Below are positions 55,699 to 64,000 of a stretch of 64,000 nt of DNA, one piece after another (position 1 is the stretch's first letter; each line of letters opens with the position of its first letter). Source of the DNA: a virus; the IMG/VR virus record IMGVR_UViG_3300010885_036069, positions 1 through 64,000 of that record; one strand, given 5' to 3'. Below the pieces are notes generated by a model. It made no database searches. It was not told where the DNA came from and saw nothing but the letters and a program-made list of their open reading frames with translations. Position numbers and translations under genes: made by a program.

Positions 55699-56457
55699 TC
55701 AATCAATAGTATTCCAAGCCAAGTCATCTCCCTCAGCATAAATATCGCACCCAACTCCATTCCGTAGAAGCCTATTTGCCACTTCTACGGTCGTGTGGCT
55801 TCCACTAAAAGGATCCAAGACATTCTCACCTGGTCGCGTTGAAAGGGGGATGCAGCGAAGCGGAAGTTCCTCGGGAAAGGGTGCTAGATGGCCTCTCCCC
55901 TTAGCAGGAGGGAAGCTCCATACATTCCCACGCTCCGTTAGTTGATCCTCGTAAAAACGATGTCCCTTATCCTTGGCGAGCATAAAGATGAACTCGCTAG
56001 AAACGCCTGGCCGGCGAGCATGCTTGAGATCTTCAGGACGAAGCATGCCCTTGTCCCAAGTGATTGAAGCCCTATAAAGCCATCCACAATCAACAAAAAC
56101 CTCAACCACCCTGTGGGGAATATTCAGCCACTGCATTTTTGCTCTATCTGTTTCACCTTGGCGGTAGCGAGGCTTCCCATCTTTTGATCCGCCTTTGTTG
56201 TAGTCGCCCCCAGCGCCACCAGAGCCGGAGGCAGTATCGCCAAGATTGAGCCAGAGAAGACCTTCATCGTCTAGTAGTCGGTTCCACTCTTTCGCGCATT
56301 TTTCCATGTCTTCCAAATAGTCCTGAACGGAGCCAGTACCAATTTCAAGGTCACTATTTCCGTATTTACGCAATCCGAAGTACGGAGGTGAGGTGACGAT
56401 TGAGTGAAAACATCCATCTGGAAGCGGAATCTCGCGAGCATCAGATTTCAAAATCAT
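55699..56457 (-). CDS. N4-cytosine/N6-adenine DNA methyltransferase (beta class)
   Basis: VTSPPY; HLAPFPEEL; VLDPFSGS. Confidence 0.9.
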   Translation of the reverse strand: MILKSDAREIPLPDGCFHSIVTSPPYFGLRKYGNSDLEIGTGSVQDYLEDMEKCAKEWNRLLDDEGLLWLNLGDTASGSGGAGGDYNKGGSKDGKPRYRQGETDRAKMQWLNIPHRVVEVFVDCGWLYRASITWDKGMLRPEDLKHARRPGVSSEFIFMLAKDKGHRFYEDQLTERGNVWSFPPAKGRGHLAPFPEELPLRCIPLSTRPGENVLDPFSGSHTTVEVANRLLRNGVGCDIYAEGDDLAWNTID

Positions 56458-56544
56458 GTGAATCCTTTGAGGTTTTTTGTGTGGTCAGTTTACCCCCCTC
56501 AGGACTTTGGATGCGACCACCGTGTCGTGGTGTATGGTCACCAG

Positions 56545-56868
56545 ATGTACACAAATGACCATGAGGGTGCCTACCCGGAATACGTTTTAAATGACATCAG
56601 AATCATCAGGGCGAGTCGAACTCCCTGCATTATTTGTGGTCACCCAACTGGAGATTGCAGCGACAATTCAGCAGCAAAACCCCGCCAAATCATTGGGGAC
56701 CATATGTTCCAAAAGTCAACGATTCCGCAGAACGAGGTTCTCGTTCTTGAGGATTTATTTGATACGGTTCAAATTACCAACCGCACTTCAACTCGGGTAT
56801 TGGTGGCTAGGGCCGGTACATACATATCACGCGACAAGGCAATTGAATTTGGACTTGTTTCACCCTGA
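56545..56868 (+). CDS. Hypothetical protein with CxxCGH motif
   Basis: PCIICGHPTGDC; start uncertain. Confidence 0.6.
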   Translation: MYTNDHEGAYPEYVLNDIRIIRASRTPCIICGHPTGDCSDNSAAKPRQIIGDHMFQKSTIPQNEVLVLEDLFDTVQITNRTSTRVLVARAGTYISRDKAIEFGLVSP

Positions 56869-56946
56869 AGTAGTTAATAGCAGTATGTAGATTCGCCTAA
56901 GTTTGACTTACCAAAACAACCTCAATTAGCCCGAAAGGCATTTCCG

Positions 56947-58872
56947 GTGTCAGTTATCAGTTCTGATTTTGTTTCTAGTTACGCATCCCAAACCCCTCCT
57001 TGGGGATTCGGTGGAATGGGTGAAATTGTTTACCTGCGTACTTATAGTCGTTCAATTCCTGAATTGGGTCGCAACGAAATGTGGCCTGAAACCATTCAAC
57101 GATGCATTAACGGCGCTGTTGAAATTGGAGCAGAACTTTCACAGGAAGAAGCGGAAAAACTCTTTGACCATATGTTCAATCTTCGCTGCTCACTTAGCGG
57201 TCGTTCCCTCTGGCAGCTCGGTACGCAACTGGTCAAGAAGTTCAACGGAACATCACTCAACAACTGTTATTTCACCTCTATTGAATCCGTAGAGGACTTT
57301 GAACTTCTCTTTGATTATCTGATGCTTGGCGGTGGTGTTGGATTCTCCGTAGAGCGATCAAAGATTCATGAACTTCCAAAGGTGAAGTCTGGAGTCACAA
57401 TTACTCACGAGCGCACCAACGATGCTGACATCATTGTTCCTGACTCACGCGGAGGATGGCGTCGTCTTCTTCATTCAGTTCTCAAGAGTTACTTCACGAC
57501 GGGGAAGAGCTTCTCATACAGCACCCTTTTGATTCGTGAGTTCGGCGCACCTCTCAGCACCTTTGGTGGGACCGCTTCAGGACCAGGTGCATTGATTGAT
57601 GGAATTTCCGATATCTGCAAAGTCATGGAGAATCGAGTCGGAAAGAAACTTCGATCAATTGATGTTCTTGATATTTGCAACATTATCGGTCGCATTGTTG
57701 TAAGCGGTTCTTCACGCCGTTCTGCTCAGATTGCCATTGGCGATCCGGACGACATTCTTTTTCTTCGTGCCAAGAATTGGGGAACGGGGAACATCCCTGG
57801 CTGGCGAGCAAACTCAAACAACAGCATCTATGCAGATGCTTATGAAGAAATCATGCCTGAACTTTGGAAGGGTTACGACGGTTCAGGAGAACCTTACGGA
57901 CTTTTGAATCGTCGTCTTGCTCGCTCTTACGGTCGTGTCGGTGAGCGCAAATCAGATCCATCAGTTGAGGGATTCAACCCCTGCGCTGAAATTGCCCTTG
58001 CTGACGGAGAGTCTTGCAATCTTGCAACAATCTTCTTGCCATCAATTGAGTCATTTGAACAGTTCTGTGAAATTTCAGAACTTCTTTATAAGGTTCAGAA
58101 GGCAATCACGAGTCTTGATTATCCATACGAGAAGACAACAACGATTACTCGCAAGAATCGTCGCCTTGGTCAGTCAGTAACTGGAATCCTTCAATGTTCT
58201 GAGGAACAGTTGGCGTGGCTCTCACTCGGCTATGAAAACCTTCGTGCTTTTGATGTTGCCTACTCAGCGGAGCATGGAGTTCCAGAGTCAATTCGACTTA
58301 CCACAGTTCAGCCGTCAGGAACGCTTTCGCTCCTCCCGGGTCAGACTCCTGGCATTCATCCAGCATTTGCTCGTTACTACATTCGTCGTGTTCGGTTCTC
58401 TAGTGCTGATCCCCTCGTGGAGTCATGCCGTAAGCGCGGCTACAACGTGGTTCCCGAGGTCGGTATTGATGGGCGGGAAGATCACACAAAGTGGGTTGTT
58501 GAATTTCCCGCAGAGTCCCCAGAGAATGCAGTCCTCGCTAAGGATATGACCGCAATTGATCAGTTGGAATGGGTAAAGCGTCTTCAGGCTGAGTGGGCGG
58601 ACAACGCCGTTTCGGTGACGGTCTATTACCGCAAGGAAGAACTTTCAGAAATCAAAGATTGGCTTTCAAAGAACTACGACAAGCACATCAAGAGCGTTTC
58701 ATTCCTTCTTCATTCTGACCATAACTTCCCACTCCCCCCATACGAGGAAATCAGCAAGGAGGAGTACGAGCGGATGCTGTCAAAGGTTGACTTCTCAATT
58801 TCAATTGCTCCGAATGCATCTGGTGACCTTCTTGATGAGTCCTGTGCAACAGGGGCTTGTCCTGTACGGTAG
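56947..58872 (+). CDS. nrdJ: Class II (B12-dependent) ribonucleotide reductase
   Basis: YLRTYSR, LNNC, FNPCAEI, TTVQPSGT, C-terminal CATGACP. Confidence 0.92.
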   Translation: MSVISSDFVSSYASQTPPWGFGGMGEIVYLRTYSRSIPELGRNEMWPETIQRCINGAVEIGAELSQEEAEKLFDHMFNLRCSLSGRSLWQLGTQLVKKFNGTSLNNCYFTSIESVEDFELLFDYLMLGGGVGFSVERSKIHELPKVKSGVTITHERTNDADIIVPDSRGGWRRLLHSVLKSYFTTGKSFSYSTLLIREFGAPLSTFGGTASGPGALIDGISDICKVMENRVGKKLRSIDVLDICNIIGRIVVSGSSRRSAQIAIGDPDDILFLRAKNWGTGNIPGWRANSNNSIYADAYEEIMPELWKGYDGSGEPYGLLNRRLARSYGRVGERKSDPSVEGFNPCAEIALADGESCNLATIFLPSIESFEQFCEISELLYKVQKAITSLDYPYEKTTTITRKNRRLGQSVTGILQCSEEQLAWLSLGYENLRAFDVAYSAEHGVPESIRLTTVQPSGTLSLLPGQTPGIHPAFARYYIRRVRFSSADPLVESCRKRGYNVVPEVGIDGREDHTKWVVEFPAESPENAVLAKDMTAIDQLEWVKRLQAEWADNAVSVTVYYRKEELSEIKDWLSKNYDKHIKSVSFLLHSDHNFPLPPYEEISKEEYERMLSKVDFSISIAPNASGDLLDESCATGACPVR

Positions 58873-58877
58873 TGATC

Positions 58878-59669
58878 ATGAATCTCTCCGATCTGACGGT
58901 TCCCTATGAGGGGACGGGTGCTATTGACTGGAATGACGAAGGCGTTGTCATTCTTAAAAATTTCATTCCCGAAGAACTCATGGTCGCTTATGAGGAATGC
59001 TGGATTAACAATCATGCAGTCGGAACACTTGATAACTATGAAATGACTTCCCCAAATGGGTGGAGTTATTGCACCCCGTATAGGGATCATCAAGAAGTTC
59101 TTGACATCCTTTCTTACGGACCTCTTCATGAGGAAATGAAAAACCTCATTGGTGAGTCAGTTGGGGTTCATCTGAACCTCACTGGATGGGTTTCAACTAC
59201 TCGGAATTGGCATCAAGATTCTTACCTCAACCCCACTCATGTTGGTGATCGGTATATTGCCGCGTGGATAGCACTTGGGAAGATTGACCCCGACTCCGGA
59301 CCTTTTCAGTATGTCCCCGGTTCGCATAAGTGGCCCCAAGTGACTCGCGAAAAGATCCTTCAGGCTCTCCCTGAGGGGGATCGTGACCACCTTTGGCCAA
59401 CCCATAGCGAAAAAATCCTTACGCCTTTATTTGAGGAAGAACTCAAAAAGCGCAATTCGGAAATTGTCACCTATCTCCCAGAACGCGGAGATGTGCTTCT
59501 GTGGCATGGACGACTTCTTCATCGTGGTTCAGTTGCTAACATTCCAGGGATGGAGCGTCGATCTTTGATTGCTCACTATTCGGGTGTTAACCATCGTGAA
59601 GATATGCCCTCTGCCATTCAGCACGGTGGCGGTTATTACTTTCCAGTTAATGACCTGAGCGGCAAATAG
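58878..59669 (+). CDS. PhyH-family 2OG-Fe(II) dioxygenase
   Basis: WHQD, AWIAL, GPFQYVPGSH, GDVLLWHGRLLHRG. Confidence 0.85.
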   Translation: MNLSDLTVPYEGTGAIDWNDEGVVILKNFIPEELMVAYEECWINNHAVGTLDNYEMTSPNGWSYCTPYRDHQEVLDILSYGPLHEEMKNLIGESVGVHLNLTGWVSTTRNWHQDSYLNPTHVGDRYIAAWIALGKIDPDSGPFQYVPGSHKWPQVTREKILQALPEGDRDHLWPTHSEKILTPLFEEELKKRNSEIVTYLPERGDVLLWHGRLLHRGSVANIPGMERRSLIAHYSGVNHREDMPSAIQHGGGYYFPVNDLSGK

Positions 59670-59670
59670 C

Positions 59671-60207
59671 ATGACTTCAACAGACTTGTTTATTAATCAT
59701 GTAGCGACATTAGATAAGCCCAAGGTTCTTGAAATCGGAACCCTTCAGTGGGTTGATGGTGTTTCTACGCATCACGGAGCATGGTTGCCCGGAGGGTCCA
59801 CTCATGTGATGTCTGATATCAAGGAAGGTAAAGATGTTGATGTTGTTGCTGATGCTCATGATCTTTCCTTGTTTAGTGAAGGCGAGTTTGATGCTTTTAT
59901 TGCTGTAAGTGTGTGGGAGCATCTCCGCAAGCCATGGATTGCTTCTGCTGAAGTCGCCCGCGTGGTAAAGCCTGGTGGGATTATCTATGTAGCCACTCAT
60001 TTTGCTTTTCCCGTTCATGGTTACCCCTCTGATTATTGTCGATGGACAGATGAGGGATTGAAAAGTCTTTTTGATGAACCAGAGTGGCATTCACAACAGG
60101 CTGATTATGCATTTCCCTGCACGATCAAACCCCCACGAGAAGTTAAGGCTTGGAACACGCTTGCTCCGGCTTTTCTTAATGTTGCCATTTTTGCTATTAA
60201 GGCATAA
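59671..60207 (+). CDS. Class I SAM-dependent methyltransferase
   Basis: VLEIG, DVVADAHDL, WEHL, RVVKPGG, YPSDYCRW. Confidence 0.85.
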   Translation: MTSTDLFINHVATLDKPKVLEIGTLQWVDGVSTHHGAWLPGGSTHVMSDIKEGKDVDVVADAHDLSLFSEGEFDAFIAVSVWEHLRKPWIASAEVARVVKPGGIIYVATHFAFPVHGYPSDYCRWTDEGLKSLFDEPEWHSQQADYAFPCTIKPPREVKAWNTLAPAFLNVAIFAIKA

Positions 60208-60209
60208 CG

Positions 60210-60581
60210 ATGCCCACCTTCGGTGAACTAGCCCAAAATGGCGCAATAGCGATTCTTGAGGAAACCTTGCTTATTCTTCAGAAGCGAGGATGGACTCCTG
60301 GTGTTCACCGGAACATGGTTACCGGTGAGGTTGACATCATTGGGGCAATGGGGATTGCTTCTGGCGTCACGGTTAGTCAGATAGATGACTCGTTCGGCGT
60401 TCCAAGCGAGTTGATCCCACAGGCAAAAAGACCTGCTGTTTTCGTGGCATTAGAGGCTTCTGAGTGGGCCGTAGATTGCGATCTAACGGCTTGGCAGGAT
60501 CAAATAGGTAGATCGTTTACTGATGTTGAAAAAGCCCTTCAGAAGGCGATTGACCATTTAGGGATCGTCGCTTCTTCATAA
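60210..60581 (+). CDS. Hypothetical protein (DUF6197-like)
   Basis: LQKRGW...IIGA...WQDQIGRS. Confidence 0.55.
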   Translation: MPTFGELAQNGAIAILEETLLILQKRGWTPGVHRNMVTGEVDIIGAMGIASGVTVSQIDDSFGVPSELIPQAKRPAVFVALEASEWAVDCDLTAWQDQIGRSFTDVEKALQKAIDHLGIVASS

Positions 60582-60720
60582 CATCAATCCCTATCCCTCC
60601 GCAGCAAAAGCACGGAGTTTCACCGACCCACCAAACATCGCAGGGTTGACACTCCATGAGGTCTGATGGGATGCCCATATTGTCGTTGAAGATCACCTTC
60701 GGTACTAAAGACTCGCTCAT
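60517..60720 (-). CDS. Small Cys-rich protein
   Basis: CQPCDVWW...CFCCG. Confidence 0.4.
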   Translation of the reverse strand: MSESLVPKVIFNDNMGIPSDLMECQPCDVWWVGETPCFCCGGIGIDVMKKRRSLNGQSPSEGLFQHQ

Positions 60721-60740
60721 GGGGTAAGTCTAGGGAACTA

Positions 60741-60774
60741 AAAAACCCCTCGGCCCGAAGACCGAGGGGTTTTT
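60741..60774. terminator. Intrinsic terminator after the capsid gene
   Basis: AAAAACCCCTCGG-CCCGAAGA-CCGAGGGGTTTTT. Confidence 0.85.
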
Positions 60775-60796
60775 CAAAGAATCTAACTAGTCAGAT

Positions 60797-62140
60797 TCAG
60801 TCGGGTTGTGCATCAAACGAAACGCTCACAAATGACTCTGGGCGCTTGACCGCAAGGGCAAGACGCTCTTCGGCAAGAACGACGATTGCGTTCCGGACGA
60901 AGAAGTCAGCGTGCTGTTCGCTGATACGGATGGTCGCCTGCTCACGATCATAGAGCTGGGCGCCGGTGCCGAATGCGCCGACAAGGGCTGTGCCTTCGGG
61001 CATTGCGGGGGTGTCAACTACTGGCATGCGCCAGATGCGTGGTTCGCCACCAAGTGCAACTGAAACGGCAACGAGGTACTGACCATTGGTGTCCTTGGTC
61101 AGTTCGATGTCTTCCCAATCGTTGGGGTGAAGAACGACGCCAGTTGGCTCGTAGTAGGCAAGGAACGCCAGAGTTGCTGCACGACGGATCGCATCAGCCT
61201 TGGTGTCCGGAACCGGTGAGGTAGCGCCTGAGGACCAGTCGTAGGTCTGAACACCAGGGGTGTTGAGAACGCCGAGGAGGTTCTCGCCAGTGCCATCACC
61301 CTCAAGGATTTGGTAATCCTCTTGGAGGCGAAGGCCGTAGAGAAGCTCGTTGTCAATGATGGAGCGGAGCTGCGGCTCATCAGCGAGAACGTTGCGGTGT
61401 GCTGCTTCCCAATGGGCAAGGGTCCGGATTGGAGCCTGATGACCTTCAAAGACCATGCTTGACTGTGGCTTTGCGGCGTAGTTTCCACCATCGCGTTCAG
61501 CAACAGTGCTGGCTGCGTTGTTGGCCGTGGTGCCGGGGGTGGTAAAACCAATCATGCGGAAGTATTCAATGACCGCAGCAGTGGTTGTACGCACTGGGAA
61601 GAGGTCACGAACACGACGTGTACGCATGGGAGGAACTACCATCGGGTCACGCTGGATGGTGCCGAATGAACCAGGGGTGCCGGTGGGAAGAGCGCTATAA
61701 ACGTCCTTCTGACCGTACTGACCTGAGGTGAGATCGGCACGAGCAATGGTGAATGGGGAAGGCATGTTGGCGCCATTGCGGCCACCATCAAGGGACTTGA
61801 ACTCTGCTGAGTCAAGGAAAGCCTGACCAAGTGTCTTTGCTGAGTAACCAGCAAGTGAACCCTGGCTTGATGCCCAAGCGTCAACAACGCTGGCGACTGA
61901 TTCGCCTGCGGGCTGGCTGCCCCACTGTGCGGCTGACTTCATTTCTTCAAGACCCTCAATGAGGCCCTTGATTTCCTTGATGTCAGACATGTTGCGGTCA
62001 AATGCTGACTTCTGCTCAGCGGACACAACAACAGTGCCATCTTCAATCTTAAATGAATCAGCAATTTCCTTATTGCTGGCCATCTTTTCACGCATTGCTG
62101 ACTGAAGTTCGTTCAGTCGGCCTTCGTCATCGAAAGACAT
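60797..62140 (-). CDS. Major capsid protein, HK97 fold
   Basis: Coiled-coil delta domain; VAE...KPQS; LADEPQLRSII; QILEGDGTGENLLG; FVRNAIVVLAEERLALAVKRPESF. Confidence 0.95.
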   Translation of the reverse strand: MSFDDEGRLNELQSAMREKMASNKEIADSFKIEDGTVVVSAEQKSAFDRNMSDIKEIKGLIEGLEEMKSAAQWGSQPAGESVASVVDAWASSQGSLAGYSAKTLGQAFLDSAEFKSLDGGRNGANMPSPFTIARADLTSGQYGQKDVYSALPTGTPGSFGTIQRDPMVVPPMRTRRVRDLFPVRTTTAAVIEYFRMIGFTTPGTTANNAASTVAERDGGNYAAKPQSSMVFEGHQAPIRTLAHWEAAHRNVLADEPQLRSIIDNELLYGLRLQEDYQILEGDGTGENLLGVLNTPGVQTYDWSSGATSPVPDTKADAIRRAATLAFLAYYEPTGVVLHPNDWEDIELTKDTNGQYLVAVSVALGGEPRIWRMPVVDTPAMPEGTALVGAFGTGAQLYDREQATIRISEQHADFFVRNAIVVLAEERLALAVKRPESFVSVSFDAQPD

Positions 62141-62207
62141 TTTTTTTGCTCCTGTAAGAGAAAGGGGGTGTGTGAGATTTCTAACCTGATTTGACGATTT
62201 GACCCGT

Positions 62208-62230
62208 CGGCTCAGGTAAGCACCCAGCCG
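62208..62230 (-). promoter_or_regulatory. Hairpin in the capsid 5' leader
   Basis: CGGCT-GGGT-GCTT-ACCTG-AGCCG stem-loop ~70 nt upstream of ATG. Confidence 0.45.
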
Positions 62231-62299
62231 CAATATCGCGTCAAGTATTTAATTTATACGCTCATATCAGTGTTCTGGCGCAACTACTGATGAATGAGG

Positions 62300-62452
62300 C
62301 TATTTTACCTTGCTGATGCCTTTTCCAACTTCACGCATAATATCTGTTAGTGCTTGCTGTTGTTCTTCAATGGTCATTTTTTCATAGCCTTCTGGCAGTT
62401 TAAAAAGACCAAATCCAGCAGATTTTTCAGGCTTTTTTTGCGATTTTGGCAT
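62300..62452 (-). CDS. Small hypothetical protein (50 aa)
   Basis: MPKSQKKP...LPEGYEKMTIEEQ; read manually. Confidence 0.5.
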   Translation of the reverse strand: MPKSQKKPEKSAGFGLFKLPEGYEKMTIEEQQQALTDIMREVGKGISKVK

Positions 62453-62669
62453 TGTACTTTTTCCTCATGGGTTCAAGGGCAGCGTTAATTTCCAAAGCAC
62501 GCTCTTCACTAATGCCTAGTGCTTCAAGTGCAGGATTCTTTGGATCAATTATTTTCATAATGTCATCAAAGGTGATGTCGTCAACTGGGACATACTCAGG
62601 ACTGTCGTCCTCGTACTCCTTATTTGGTTGACGAACCTTGAGTCGTGGCGCTCGGGATTTCTTGCTCAT
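62427..62669 (-). CDS. Small hypothetical protein
   Basis: ATGA-coupled to the upstream large gene. Confidence 0.55.
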   Translation of the reverse strand: MSKKSRAPRLKVRQPNKEYEDDSPEYVPVDDITFDDIMKIIDPKNPALEALGISEERALEINAALEPMRKKYNAKIAKKA

Positions 62670-64000
62670 TTGAGAGTTGCTCCTGATAATGCTCCGGATG
62701 CTGAGTCTAGACCTTCACCGAAGGGGGCGCGTCTGTGAGCAACCCAGAGAATCGCCTGCAACTGAGGAAGGTCAAGAACATCAAGGGCTTTCAGGCCACG
62801 CTTTTCTCGAGCTTTGTTGATGACCTCAAGTCGCTCATTAAACCGTTCAAGGGTCTGCTTAAGCGCAATTTGAAAGATCGGATAGGTTCCAACCGTTCCT
62901 TCTGAAACCGAAGTTGGATTTTCAAAGATCGTCTTTCCGGCTTCTCCAGTGATCTTTTTCCCCGTGCCGATGCTTGACATGTGGACATCAATTGTTGTGT
63001 CTCGGCTTTCAAACGGGAACATGATGTTGTTATAGAAAGATCTAACTTTATGCTTTCCGCCAAGAGCGGAGTCAAGATAATTCGGAGATACATCTTCAGC
63101 CGCTAGTGAAAGAGCCTTCCGGAGATTGTCCCAGGACTGCCACTGGACCGCCTCGTATACGGGTTCACCTTCAAGGATAGTTTTTTCGGTATTCAGGATT
63201 ACCTGATTGGGTCGCCAATCTTTGCCCTCATGATCAATCGTGAGTTGCGATCCGTATCCACGAAGACCAAGAGCGAGTACATCAAGTCCCTTCTCGTCAG
63301 ATAGGAGTTCCTTTACGCTCTTACCCTTGAAACTGCTGGCATCCACATCTAGGAACTTAGGAAGATTTGCCGTATTTCCGGAGGCGTATTCCTTCATCTT
63401 CGTTGTGTAATCGGCAACTCTCATCGCATCAACGAGGGCGATGAACTCATCGTCAATGACTCTGTTCTGATCAATGAAGTCAGTCACCCACTTGGCCTGC
63501 CATACATTTTGATCCCAAGAACGACTTGGGGAGAGAACTGCCATCATTCCAGCAGCCTGCCAAGACTCAATTCCTAGTGTCTTGGCCATATCATCAATCA
63601 TCTTGCGAGCCTCGGGATACCAAGTAAGTCCATCTTCTAGGTCTTGTTCGGTAACAGACTCAAGAAGGGCATCAAATCTTGCTGCAATGTCGTCTACATT
63701 ACCGACATCTTTCCCGTAGGTCTTGTTGAGGATTTCAGTCAATTTGTCAATGTGTTCTTGACTGATCCTGTCAACGGCAAATTCATCAAATCCGTCAGTT
63801 TTTGGCTTGTTGTCACGAATCTGAACTCTAGGTTCTTGCTGAATTTGCTCAATTTCTCTATCGCTAGAGGCGATGCGATTAATCTCACGGAGTTCAAAGG
63901 TGAGGTCGGCATATTCGCCACCAGTACCACCGCTGCCTAGAAATGCGGTGTCCATTTTCCCAGCCTCTAGGTCATCAAGATTTGTGATTGCAATTTGATC
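62666..64000 (-). CDS. C-terminal part of a large head-region protein with a DUF7178/glycosylase-like domain (5'-truncated)
   Basis: Frame open to the window end; GLTWY, AVLSP..SW..N, KVRSFYNNI, TIDVHM, QLQAILW. Confidence 0.65.
   Translation of the reverse strand, partial: DQIAITNLDDLEAGKMDTAFLGSGGTGGEYADLTFELREINRIASSDREIEQIQQEPRVQIRDNKPKTDGFDEFAVDRISQEHIDKLTEILNKTYGKDVGNVDDIAARFDALLESVTEQDLEDGLTWYPEARKMIDDMAKTLGIESWQAAGMMAVLSPSRSWDQNVWQAKWVTDFIDQNRVIDDEFIALVDAMRVADYTTKMKEYASGNTANLPKFLDVDASSFKGKSVKELLSDEKGLDVLALGLRGYGSQLTIDHEGKDWRPNQVILNTEKTILEGEPVYEAVQWQSWDNLRKALSLAAEDVSPNYLDSALGGKHKVRSFYNNIMFPFESRDTTIDVHMSSIGTGKKITGEAGKTIFENPTSVSEGTVGTYPIFQIALKQTLERFNERLEVINKAREKRGLKALDVLDLPQLQAILWVAHRRAPFGEGLDSASGALSGATLK

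Noticed and set aside
62244-62260. T4-type late promoter (TATAAATT) before the capsid gene
   Set aside because: Single imperfect match, not repeated before other late genes here

Overview
This is a segment of a large tailed-phage genome with a probable actinobacterial host. Evidence: two WhiB genes, DUF3039, an Rpf lysozyme domain, an actinobacterial-type SSB and an HK97-fold major capsid gene. Layout: 1-8.5 kb split C5-MTase, WhiB, RHH regulators, TerS-like HTH, primase-helicase/loader/initiator-like genes and two promoter-bearing structured non-coding RNAs; 8.5-26 kb an array of ~40 small genes, most carrying their own copy of a conserved module (ECF-sigma-like promoter GCACA-N16/17-CGTT, 5' pentaloop hairpin, AGAAAGG SD), separated by AGCCCCGC...GCGGGACT inverted brackets enclosing DnaA-box-like 9-mers; 26-39 kb SNF2 helicase (strongly TCGA-rich), HNH, deaminases, DUF932, endolysin, SSB, multi-HTH paralogs; 39.35-39.66 kb a dense array of ~21 DnaA boxes; 40-52 kb a histone-deacetylase-family gene and modular proteins with repeated leader + GNAT-like modules and ADP-ribosyltransferase-like ends; 52-64 kb Rpf, N4/N6 MTase, class II RNR, PhyH dioxygenase, SAM MTase and capsid. 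No tRNA, rRNA, CRISPR or integrase was seen. All calls come from reading motifs by eye and all counts are manual.
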